Source of the DNA: an uncultured Planctomycetales bacterium
Lineage (GTDB): Bacteria; Omnitrophota; Gorgyraeia; Zapsychrales; JAHFFX01
Length of the DNA: 64,000 bases
NCBI GenBank assembly: GCA_964612665.1
Contig: CAZTCI010000004.1
Location: 270,376 to 334,375 of the forward strand
Reading direction: 5' to 3'
In this document: positions 18,751-26,770 of the stretch, in pieces
How positions within the stretch are numbered: position 1 is the first letter of the stretch
How the letters are laid out: each line of letters starts with the position of its first letter
Notes under the pieces: generated by a model
Told to the model about the DNA's origin: nothing
Database searches by the model: none
The model's input: the letters and a program-made list of their open reading frames with translations, nothing else
Translations under genes and position numbers: made by a program

Positions 18751-19149
18751 ATGTATCCACTGATTAAATCAAAGAAAATTCATGCGGTTATCTTAGCGCT
18801 TTCGCTGTCATTAAGCGGTTGTGTTTTTTTGGTCGCGGGCGGCATCGGCGCACTGGGCGGGTTGGCGATCAGTTCTGATACCGTTCAAGGGACCATTCAA
18901 AAGAATTATGATGACGTTTGGGAAGAAGCCATTTCAGTTGTCACAATCATGGGCCGGATCACAAAACAATCTCAAAACCAAGGGCGGCTGGAGGCGATCG
19001 TGAATAACACGCGCGTGACAGTAACCGTCGCGCAATTCACGCCGAAAATTGTGCGCCTGACCGTTAAAGCGCGTAAATCATTTTTTCCAAGCATTTCGAC
19101 CGCGCAGGATGTTTACATTAAGATTGTGAGTCATTTTAAAGATGAGTAA
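18751..19149 (+). CDS. Hypothetical lipoprotein
   Basis: Signal peptide with lipobox LSGC and a Gly-zipper segment. No family recognized. Confidence 0.4.
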   Translation: MYPLIKSKKIHAVILALSLSLSGCVFLVAGGIGALGGLAISSDTVQGTIQKNYDDVWEEAISVVTIMGRITKQSQNQGRLEAIVNNTRVTVTVAQFTPKIVRLTVKARKSFFPSISTAQDVYIKIVSHFKDE

Positions 19150-19326
19150 TCGAGCCTTTTACCAGGGAAGAATCTGTTGACTTTTCAAATGGTATTCAAT
19201 AAAATGGCTCCCTGAATTTTCCACACCTGAAAAAATTTGCTTTGAATGAGATCCCTCGCTGAAAAAAATAATATGAAGCTCGGGATATCAGCATTAACCT
19301 TTCTAAAAGGTATTAAGGTAGTTAAT

Positions 19327-19399
19327 GCCGAGATAGCTCAGGTAGTAGAGCGCAGGCCTGAAAAGCCTGGCGTCGCCAGTGCAAGTCTGGCTCTCGGCA
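19327..19399 (+). tRNA. tRNA-Phe (GAA), with an unusual T-loop (G instead of the near-universal U at position 55)
   Basis: Cloverleaf folded by hand. Acceptor gccgaga/tctcggc. D-arm gctc-aggtagta-gagc. Anticodon stem caggc/gcctg with loop ctGAAaa. T-stem gccag/ctggc with loop tgcaagt. Confidence 0.8.
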
Positions 19400-19496
19400 C
19401 TCTACTTCGCTCTAATACTTTCGTGTTGGAGCTTCGTAGCAGTAAACTCTTAAGAACTCTACTTCGCACCCAAGCAAATCTCATTCTATCCAAGAT

Positions 19497-19569
19497 GCCG
19501 ACGTAGCTCAGTTGGTAGAGCAGCGCATTCGTAATGCGCGGGTCGTAGGTTCAATTCCTATCGTCGGCT
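19497..19569 (+). tRNA. tRNA-Thr (CGT)
   Basis: Acceptor gccgacg/cgtcggc. D-arm gctc-agttggta-gagc. Anticodon stem gcgca/tgcgc with loop ttCGTaa. T-arm gtagg-ttcaatt-cctat. Discriminator t. Confidence 0.9.
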
Positions 19570-19607
19570 TTTATTTAGTGTTGAGAAATCTTTAGCTTAA
19601 CGAAGAA

Positions 19608-20144
19608 TTGGGGTACATGACCATATTCGTACTTTTGTTGTTTATATGCTTAATAGCATTAGCGACGGTCGCCTACCTATTAGTTGTCGACAGAAAATCC
19701 CAAACTCAGCAGCATACCGTTAATCCCCACTATATCCCAGAGACAAAAGCCCAAGTAGAAGAAGGCTATCACTCCCAAGAATCCTGGACACTCTCGTCTA
19801 TCCAAGAAGAATTTAACGACGTTAAGAATCAAATTCATCACTTTGATGAAATTCAACAAAAACCATCAAAGGGAGAGGCTTTAAAAGGATTTTTCTCTTA
19901 TGTTTGGTATTCTTTAAGACTTATGTTTAGAGAGAAAGCAATATTTACATTCGCTTTATTGCAATGGGCGGCGATAGGTACAGGATATTATTTGTGGGTT
20001 CAGATTATTGGGTGGATTCCTCGGGAAGTTTGGGAGAGCACGGAACATTCCCATAGTGGCTCAATTGCAGATATTTTTTTATTGTTGTGGTCTTTTGTTT
20101 GCGTAGGGATTGTAGCCTTTCCCTTAAGTATATTTTCTGCTTGA
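19608..20144 (+). CDS. Hypothetical membrane protein (3 predicted TM segments) in the tRNA-Thr-linked islet
   Basis: ORF with an N-terminal TM, a hydrophilic region of about 70 aa, then two C-terminal TMs. No recognizable family. Confidence 0.4.
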   Translation: MGYMTIFVLLLFICLIALATVAYLLVVDRKSQTQQHTVNPHYIPETKAQVEEGYHSQESWTLSSIQEEFNDVKNQIHHFDEIQQKPSKGEALKGFFSYVWYSLRLMFREKAIFTFALLQWAAIGTGYYLWVQIIGWIPREVWESTEHSHSGSIADIFLLLWSFVCVGIVAFPLSIFSA

Positions 20145-20248
20145 ACCCAGAATTAGAACAAGAGATTACAGCCCGCAAGCGCTCAATATTAAGGAGGTAA
20201 TCTACGTTTCTTTCTATCTTTGCTATTATTGTTTCAGTAGCTATTCCA

Positions 20249-20719
20249 TTGTGTTTTCAAGCTATTAGAGTATATGAAGTGCTCGATGTACGGAGCCCTA
20301 TTATTTATTCGCTATGGTGCAGTCTTCCCGTATTCATAATTTTTGCCATTGTACTGATTCAAAATTTTAGATCAAAGCCATTTCCCCATCGTCAATTAAT
20401 AGCAGGACTGATATTAGGTCTTATAAGCATTTCCGTGTTGACGTATACTGCCATTGCAACTTACAATGCAAAATGTGATAAGGGTATTATTAGTGAACAT
20501 GAGGCTTTAGTTGTTGATAAAACAATAGAGACGAGTAGCAAAGGCAATCGCAGCTACTATATTCACGTACCATCGTGGGGAAAGAGAAAGAAGTTTGAAG
20601 AATTTGAAGTTTCAAACGATGGTTACTCTACAATTACGGTTGGTTCGACAATGATGCGCATTCTAACCAAACCTGGAAAATTTGGATTTGAATGGCTGGT
20701 AAGAATAGAAAAAATCTAA
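20249..20719 (+). CDS. Hypothetical membrane protein (2 TM segments plus a soluble C-terminal domain of about 85 aa) in the islet; start codon uncertain
   Basis: The ORF-track start is a TTG. An AAGGAGG Shine-Dalgarno lies upstream at about 20193 with no in-frame ATG. No recognizable family. Confidence 0.35.
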   Translation: MCFQAIRVYEVLDVRSPIIYSLWCSLPVFIIFAIVLIQNFRSKPFPHRQLIAGLILGLISISVLTYTAIATYNAKCDKGIISEHEALVVDKTIETSSKGNRSYYIHVPSWGKRKKFEEFEVSNDGYSTITVGSTMMRILTKPGKFGFEWLVRIEKI

Positions 20720-20855
20720 CGGCAAACGACTTTCTGAAGGAGCACCGGATTTTTACACCGCTGCCCAGGTTTTTAAATCAATTTTTGGGAACTTTTACGC
20801 CAATTTAGTGCCTTGCACACGTCCCCAGGTTATTTTTTGAGTACGTTATAAAATG

Positions 20856-20906
20856 GAGCAGCGCATTCGTAATGCGCAGGTCGGGGTTCAATTCCCTTCG
20901 CCAGCT
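20856..20906 (+). repeat. Degenerate direct repeat of the 3' half of tRNA-Thr (putative att remnant)
   Basis: gagcagcgcattcgtaatgcgcaggtcggggttcaattcccttcgccagct matches tRNA-Thr 19517-19569 at about 43 of 51 positions. The anticodon arm is identical and the T-arm and acceptor diverge. The 5' acceptor and D-arm are missing. Confidence 0.6.
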
Positions 20907-21008
20907 TTCTATCATTCTTCAGGAATTCCTTTTTTTTACTTCCTTTCCAGGTAAAATAAACTTCAAAAGATTTATATCCTTGCAATCTTCCCTAAAAAGG
21001 ATTATTAC

Positions 21009-22859
21009 TTGGAAATGTCATTACATAATCAAACCATATCATCCCAATCCTCAAGCTTCCTGAAATCTTCTTTGTGTCAAATCCTCATTATCATCACCCT
21101 CACCTTCAGCGCTTATTCGTTTATGGTCAGCGATTCGTTTAAGACGATGGATGATTATTATTCTATTATTGACGATCCTGATATCAGAAGTTTTGATAAT
21201 TTAGAAAAGGTTTTTCACCGGGGATTTTTTCGTGATCAATCATATTATCGTCCGCTGGTGATCACGAGTTTTATGCTTGAGTATCATTGTTTCGGTTTGA
21301 ATCCTTTTTTTTATTACCTAACGAATATTTTTCTACATATCTCAAGCGCGGTCGTGGTTCTTTACATCGCGCGGATGCTTTTGAATAATTCTTGGCAGAG
21401 TTTTAATGCCGCGCTTTTGTTCGGCATTCATCCGGTTCAAACTGAAGCGGTCGCTAACATTGCCGGGCGGTCGATTCTTTTGTGCGGTCTTTTTTCTTTG
21501 TTTGCGTTTTGGTTTTTCTTACTTTTTTTAAAACAGCGTCGGAAGATTCTCTATTTAAGTTCTTTGGGATTTTTTATCCTGGCGCTTTTATCCAAGGAGG
21601 CGGCCGTGATGCTGCCGGTTCTGATCTTCAGCTATTTGTTAATTATTTCTTCAACACAACAAAAACGGAATCGAGTGTTTGAAGCCTGTCTGCCGCTCTG
21701 GCCGTTTGCCGTTGTTTTGGGCGGTTATTTTTTTGTCCGTCATCACTTGGGAATTACCCATCTTTTTTATTGGCCGTCGCTGTCGGATTGGACCTTGGGC
21801 GTGCTAACGTTTGCTCGAGGAGTCATAACCTACTTGCGGCTTTTTATTTTTCCCGTTGATCTTCACTTTGACCGTTCACGCGTTGTCTTCCAAAGTTTTT
21901 ATAATATTGAAATTGGGGGAACCTTGCTTTTTTGGCTGCTTATTTTTATTTTGATAAGGCGGAAAAAATTGTCCCGGGAGATTTTATTTTCATTGAGCTG
22001 GTTTTTTATCGGGCTCTTTCCTGTTTCGCAGATAATAAGCTCCATTGGCGTTCAACCCGGGTCCATTTCGCTGGCCGAACATTTTCTTTATTTACCGTCG
22101 GTGGGCATCTTTATTTTAATGAGTGTGGTTTTTAAAGATGTTGATGCGTCTTGTTTGCGAAGACAGGTGATCCCACGGATTTCTTTATGGATTGTTGCCA
22201 TAAGTTTCGGCCTGTTTTTATTTTTAACAACCGTTCAAAACAATATCGCGATGCGGGATGAGAAAACAATGGTCGCCAGATCACTTGCGTTTGATCCGAA
22301 TAACAGCCGTCTGCTTTATGCGTTAGGCATGCTTGAGGTGAAAGACGCCCATTTTAATAAGGCGCAGAATATTTTCGCTAAAATTTTAACCTTGGATCCG
22401 GACAACGTTCGGGCGCGCATCGCGTTGGGCAAGAGTCTTTGTGATCAAGGAAAGTATTGGGAAGGTTTGCAGGAATATGACAAAGTTGGGCCAACGGATC
22501 CGCATTTACAAAAATTGTTGGATGATAACCGCTCGCGGACTTACGCGCTTTTAATTAAAAGATATGAAGACATCGTGAAGAACGATCCGCAAAATGCAAA
22601 AGCATATTACAGTTTGGGCGTCATCTATACTAAAATGAATCAATTGCCAGAGGCGATCGCTTATTATGAGAAGGCGGCCAATATCGACGCGCATTTCACA
22701 AACGCTTTATTTAATTTAGCTTCAACCTTGGAAGGCGTTGGCCGGCGGGAAGAGGCTAAGGTTTATTATGAACAGATTATGAATCAGCCTGACGTTGATC
22801 AATTTCAGAAGAATTATGCGACCGCTCATTTGCAAGCGTTAAACAAGCAAGGCCAGTAA
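21009..22859 (+). CDS. PMT/ArnT-like (TMTC-type) polytopic membrane glycosyltransferase with C-terminal TPR repeats
   Basis: About 11 N-terminal TM helices, then at least 4 TPR repeats in the last 200 aa (YALGMLEVKDAHFNKAQNIFAKILTLDPDN ..., AYYSLGVIYTKMNQLPEAIAYYEKA). This is the domain architecture of PMT_2/TMTC-like protein O-glycosyltransferases. Confidence 0.5.
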   Translation: MEMSLHNQTISSQSSSFLKSSLCQILIIITLTFSAYSFMVSDSFKTMDDYYSIIDDPDIRSFDNLEKVFHRGFFRDQSYYRPLVITSFMLEYHCFGLNPFFYYLTNIFLHISSAVVVLYIARMLLNNSWQSFNAALLFGIHPVQTEAVANIAGRSILLCGLFSLFAFWFFLLFLKQRRKILYLSSLGFFILALLSKEAAVMLPVLIFSYLLIISSTQQKRNRVFEACLPLWPFAVVLGGYFFVRHHLGITHLFYWPSLSDWTLGVLTFARGVITYLRLFIFPVDLHFDRSRVVFQSFYNIEIGGTLLFWLLIFILIRRKKLSREILFSLSWFFIGLFPVSQIISSIGVQPGSISLAEHFLYLPSVGIFILMSVVFKDVDASCLRRQVIPRISLWIVAISFGLFLFLTTVQNNIAMRDEKTMVARSLAFDPNNSRLLYALGMLEVKDAHFNKAQNIFAKILTLDPDNVRARIALGKSLCDQGKYWEGLQEYDKVGPTDPHLQKLLDDNRSRTYALLIKRYEDIVKNDPQNAKAYYSLGVIYTKMNQLPEAIAYYEKAANIDAHFTNALFNLASTLEGVGRREEAKVYYEQIMNQPDVDQFQKNYATAHLQALNKQGQ

Positions 22860-22959
22860 TTAATGCCAGCGAGCGGATCACCGCGGTAGGACCCGCTGCT
22901 TTCGACTAATTTATGAGATAAGTTCTAGATTTATGAATGTTGAAAAAATAAAATAATTT

Positions 22960-24210
22960 ATGCCACGCTTTCTTGAAAGTTTCAAAAATAAAGACTTCAG
23001 CTGTCTATGGCTCGCGCAAATCATTTCGCAGTTCGGCGACCGTATAAACCAAATGGCTTTAATTGGTCTGATTGCCAGCCGCACGCCCGGATCTGCTTTT
23101 GATTTAGCTAAGGTGATGAGCTTTACAATTATTCCGGTTTTTGTCATCGGGCCGATCGCCGGAGTTTATGTGGACCGGTGGGACAGGCGGCGGACGCTTT
23201 TTGTCTGTGATTTTTTACGCGGGATTTTGATATTGCTAATCCCCTTTGTTTTTATTCCCAAGAATTCCATGATCTTGATTTATCTCGCTGTGTTTCTGGC
23301 CTTTTGTTTAAGCCGTTTTTATGTCCCGGCTAAAATGTCGATCATTCCTGATATCGTTAAAGAAGAAGATCTTTTAATCGCGAATTCGCTTGTGTCAGTG
23401 ACCGGGATGATTGCTTTTGTCTTGGGATGCGCTTTAGGCGGTTATATCGTCGAGAAATTTGGGGCGCGAGGTGGATTTATTTGGGATGCGGTCACGTTTT
23501 TTATCTCAGGATTGCTTGTTTTTAATATCCGGCCGAAGTTTTCATGGCGGTTTAACCGGAAAAGATTTTTAGTCACCGGGCGGGTTCTTATAAAAAAGAT
23601 CCGTCATTCGGTCATTGGTGAAGTGAAAGAAGGCATCAGTTATTTAGGTAAGCATCCGGATATTCGGTTTATTATGAATATGCTTTTTATTTTGTTTGCC
23701 GCGGCCGGCGCTGTTTATGTTGTGATTATTGTTTTTGTGCAAGAAGCTTTTAATAGTGTCGTGCGGGATTTAGCGGTGTTGGCTGTTGTTCTTGGACTTG
23801 GATTGTTTAGCGGCGCGATTTTATATGGGCGTTTCGGTGAGAAGGCTTCAAAATTTCAGACGATCTTTGTGTGTTTGGTTATCGGCGGGCTTATGCTGGC
23901 TAGTTTTGCCGTGATCATTCAGCACACGCACAATATTCTGACGGCGATTGGAATGTCGTTTTTATTAGGATTGATCGTCGGGCCGATTGTGATTGCGGCG
24001 AACACGGTCATTCATGAAGTCAGTCATAGCGAAATGCGCGGAAAAGTTTTTAGCAGTATCGAAATCGTCATCCATTTCGCGTTTTTGGTCGCGATGCTTT
24101 TAAGTTCGTTTCTTTCTAAATTTGTTCCGCCCTTCACAATCTTGGTTAGCGTTGGGGGAATCTTTGCGGTCGTGGGATTGGTGGGATTGGTGCGGTTTAA
24201 TTCGAAATAA
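22960..24210 (+). CDS. MFS transporter
   Basis: 12 TM-like segments. MFS motif region GPIAGVYVDRWDRRRTLF. Confidence 0.75.
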   Translation: MPRFLESFKNKDFSCLWLAQIISQFGDRINQMALIGLIASRTPGSAFDLAKVMSFTIIPVFVIGPIAGVYVDRWDRRRTLFVCDFLRGILILLIPFVFIPKNSMILIYLAVFLAFCLSRFYVPAKMSIIPDIVKEEDLLIANSLVSVTGMIAFVLGCALGGYIVEKFGARGGFIWDAVTFFISGLLVFNIRPKFSWRFNRKRFLVTGRVLIKKIRHSVIGEVKEGISYLGKHPDIRFIMNMLFILFAAAGAVYVVIIVFVQEAFNSVVRDLAVLAVVLGLGLFSGAILYGRFGEKASKFQTIFVCLVIGGLMLASFAVIIQHTHNILTAIGMSFLLGLIVGPIVIAANTVIHEVSHSEMRGKVFSSIEIVIHFAFLVAMLLSSFLSKFVPPFTILVSVGGIFAVVGLVGLVRFNSK

Positions 24211-24324
24211 AGTATATGATGGATATACCATAAGCAAATTTCCCGACGAAAGGCCAATGTTTGACAATCTTACTCATGAATGTTATTCTTCAGTTATTTC
24301 AACTTGAAACGAGAGGAACTAATT

Positions 24325-24606
24325 ATGATTAAAATACATGACGATGTGACCATGGTTGGCATTTCTGAATTACAAATGCATCCTGAAAAAATTCTTCAAG
24401 AAATCAAGAAGCATAAAGTTATTATCGGAAAACGTAATAAACCGGTTGCTGTTTTGTTGAATATGAAAAAGTATCGTCAAATGGAGACTACCTTGGACCT
24501 CTTGGAGAATTTTGCCCTAGGTTATTTGGCGAAGGACAGAGAAGTCCGTACGAAGAAATCTTATGTTGACATCAAAGACGCTTTGAAAAAAATTAAACAT
24601 CAGTAA
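24325..24606 (+). CDS. Type II antitoxin, Phd/YefM family
   Basis: MIKIHDDVTMVGISELQMHPEKILQEI..KPVAVLLNMKKYRQMETTLDLLEN fits the Phd/YefM fold pattern. An ATG at 24325 with a GAGAGGA Shine-Dalgarno is preferred over the longer ORF-track start. Confidence 0.6.
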   Translation: MIKIHDDVTMVGISELQMHPEKILQEIKKHKVIIGKRNKPVAVLLNMKKYRQMETTLDLLENFALGYLAKDREVRTKKSYVDIKDALKKIKHQ

Positions 24607-24612
24607 CCATTC

Positions 24613-24915
24613 ATGTGGCAAATCAAAATAAACCCGCTAGTTCTTCTTGAAGATTTTAAAAATATCGATTTACCTCAACAAAGAAACATTCTTAGGACCA
24701 TCCACAAAAAATTATCTGTTAATCCTAAAGCTTATGGCAAGCCGCTGACCGGTGAATTTTCAGGTTACTGGCGTCTTCGTATTGGCGATTACAGAGTTGT
24801 TTACCGTATCCTCAATGACCAAGTTGTTGTGCTTGTTATTAAGGTTGGTATCCGCAAAGATGACAGAGTTTATCGGGAATTATTTTCTAGATTGCGTCGA
24901 TTGAGCCGTCCTTAA
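24613..24915 (+). CDS. Type II toxin, RelE/ParE family mRNA interferase
   Basis: WRLRIGDYRVVYRILNDQVVVLVIKVGIRKDDRVY is the RelE/ParE signature. Sits 6 nt downstream of the antitoxin. Confidence 0.7.
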   Translation: MWQIKINPLVLLEDFKNIDLPQQRNILRTIHKKLSVNPKAYGKPLTGEFSGYWRLRIGDYRVVYRILNDQVVVLVIKVGIRKDDRVYRELFSRLRRLSRP

Positions 24916-24936
24916 TCGTAGACTAAGGGACTCAAA

Positions 24937-25005
24937 ATGAATTTTGCAGTTTTAGCGTTGGGCGTTCTTTCAGTCGTGGGATTGGTGCGGTTTAATTCGA
25001 AGTAA
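24937..25005 (+). other. Chimeric junction scar: 22-codon mini-ORF fusing the purN 5' end (MNFAVLA) to the MFS gene 3' end (..SVVGLVRFNSK*)
   Basis: atgaattttgcagttttagcg mimics the purN start at 25064 (atgaatttcgcagtgctcgca). cagtcgtgggattggtgcggtttaattcgaagtaa duplicates the MFS 3' end at 24168-24210, minus one 9-bp tandem unit. Confidence 0.6.
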
Positions 25006-25007
25006 TT

Positions 25008-25048
25008 TCGTCGTTCGTGCTTCGTCGAAAAACGAACAACGAACGACG
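25008..25048. repeat. Hairpin of the cgtcgttcgt family (ttcgtcgttcgtgcttcg-tcgaaaaa-cgaacaacgaacgacg), between the junction scar and purN
   Basis: Imperfect 16-bp stem. Shares the 12-mer ttcgtcgttcgt with the long hairpin at 17131-17225. Confidence 0.55.
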
Positions 25049-25063
25049 CTAAAGGAGAACCCA

Positions 25064-25666
25064 ATGAATTTCGCAGTGCTCGCATCCGGATATGGATCGA
25101 ACCTTCAGGCCATTATTACGGCAGTTAAACAAAAGAAGATTAGAGCGGATTTAAAATTAGTTTTATCAGATAAGAAGGAAGCGGTCGCGTTAGAACGGGC
25201 CCGCAAAGTCAAAATCAGAGCGGTTTTTGTGGATCCGTCGATGTTTACGGATCGGGAAAGTTTTGACCGCGAACTCATTCAACATTTGACGGCTGAGAAG
25301 ATTGATTTTATTGTGCTCGCCGGATTTATGCGGATTTTGAGCGCGCATTTTATCCAGCAATATCCTGATAAAATTCTCAATATCCATCCGTCACTGCTTC
25401 CAGCTTTTAAAGGCGCGAAAGCGATCAAAGACGCTTATGAATCTGGAGGAAGGCTGACCGGTGTAACGGTCCATTTTGTCGAGGAGAAAGTGGATGGCGG
25501 GCCCATTATTATTCAGGAAGCGGTTGCGATTAAACCGAATGATACGTTATTGTCATTAGAAGCACGGATTCACAATGTAGAGCACAGACTTTACCCGAAG
25601 GCGATCGATGCGTTTGCGCGGGGGAAGTTGAAGATTGTTGGGAGGAAAGTGATCGTTGGTTCGTAG
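25064..25666 (+). CDS. purN: Phosphoribosylglycinamide formyltransferase
   Basis: NIHPSLLPAFKG and the folate-binding region. About 200 aa. Confidence 0.85.
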   Translation: MNFAVLASGYGSNLQAIITAVKQKKIRADLKLVLSDKKEAVALERARKVKIRAVFVDPSMFTDRESFDRELIQHLTAEKIDFIVLAGFMRILSAHFIQQYPDKILNIHPSLLPAFKGAKAIKDAYESGGRLTGVTVHFVEEKVDGGPIIIQEAVAIKPNDTLLSLEARIHNVEHRLYPKAIDAFARGKLKIVGRKVIVGS

Positions 25667-25688
25667 TCGACGGGCTAAATAAAAACAC

Positions 25689-25740
25689 GGGCGGCTGCGC
25701 TGGAAATTTTACGGTCCGGCGCAGCCGCCCGGCGTTTTTA
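25689..25740. terminator. Convergent-gene terminator: perfect 12-bp GC stem (gggcggctgcgc / gcgcagccgccc) with flanking T/A runs
   Basis: Arms at 25689-25700 and 25719-25730 are exact reverse complements. A T-run follows on the plus strand and an A-run precedes it. Confidence 0.7.
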
Positions 25741-25774
25741 GTTTCATTCTAACCCCTAAAACCTGACCCCTGCC

Positions 25775-26770
25775 TTATTCCACCATCCGCTGAATTTGTT
25801 CCTTATCAAAAAGATATTCTTTCCCCGTCGCCAAATTATGCAGCCGCACACCGGCGAAATTGTTAATGACTTCCTGGGGGGGCGCAGACTGCGGCGCGGC
25901 AGGGACTTGAAAATGTTTAGGCGCGGCATTTTGAAAATTCTCCGGCTGATACCCTTTCACGGTGTCGTTGACAGTTTTGAGAATTTCGATTTCCGGATCG
26001 TCGGCAGGCTTAAAATCGCTTTGCTGGTATTTAAAGCGAATGCGGTTTAAAATTTGTTTCGTTAAGAATTCCATCCAGGTCACATCGTGATAATCCACAT
26101 GCTGGCCCAGTTTATCGCCAATCATTTTTTCTTCACCCGTAAATTCTGAAATGCTCCGCTGTGCTAATTCTTCAAGAGGAAACGCCCCCAGCGCCGAATA
26201 TTTGAAATCCTGAAAAGCCATATAATTCCGAACCACGACGCCGGTTTTAACATTTGCCACCACCAGCACGATAAAGTCCGGCGGCGCCTCGGCTGTTTTT
26301 TTGCCATACTTTTCGCCTAAATCCGTATAGGAACGGTACAGCGTCGTTGCGATATCATTTTGCTTTTTGCGAAAGCTTTCCGTATAAGTTGGATTGAGTC
26401 CTTTATCATCCAGGTATTTGGCTTCTTTACGGATGTCGTATTCGATGTCGAACAAAGTTTTATCCGGGCGCCCGTCTAAGTAACGGATATTTAAACTGTC
26501 CGTCGGCGTACTGGAACGCCGCGGCCCGTCGGGCGTAGATTTATAATCCAGAATCGGTTCTTCAACCGGTAAATAAATCCACAACGTATGCCCGACAACT
26601 CGAATTAAAGGATTGAGCTTGTATTCTTCCCGAATGGTTTTAAGAAACTTTTTGTTGGCTTCGTTAAGCGTTTGGACAGGTGGAGTTGGTTTGACACAGC
26701 CCGCGTTCCCAAAAGAAAGGAAGGCGAGAAGGAGAATGATTCTTAAAGAAATTTTTTGGGTGAGTTCCAT
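25775..26770 (-). CDS. Hypothetical lipoprotein co-transcribed downstream of ftsH
   Basis: Signal peptide with Cys (FGNAGC). Its start codon overlaps the ftsH stop in an ATGA arrangement. No family recognized. Confidence 0.4.
   Translation of the reverse strand: MELTQKISLRIILLLAFLSFGNAGCVKPTPPVQTLNEANKKFLKTIREEYKLNPLIRVVGHTLWIYLPVEEPILDYKSTPDGPRRSSTPTDSLNIRYLDGRPDKTLFDIEYDIRKEAKYLDDKGLNPTYTESFRKKQNDIATTLYRSYTDLGEKYGKKTAEAPPDFIVLVVANVKTGVVVRNYMAFQDFKYSALGAFPLEELAQRSISEFTGEEKMIGDKLGQHVDYHDVTWMEFLTKQILNRIRFKYQQSDFKPADDPEIEILKTVNDTVKGYQPENFQNAAPKHFQVPAAPQSAPPQEVINNFAGVRLHNLATGKEYLFDKEQIQRMVE

Noticed and set aside
19246-19506. 86-aa ORF spanning tRNA-Phe and the tRNA-Thr 5' end
   Set aside because: It overlaps two well-folded tRNA genes. 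Spurious.
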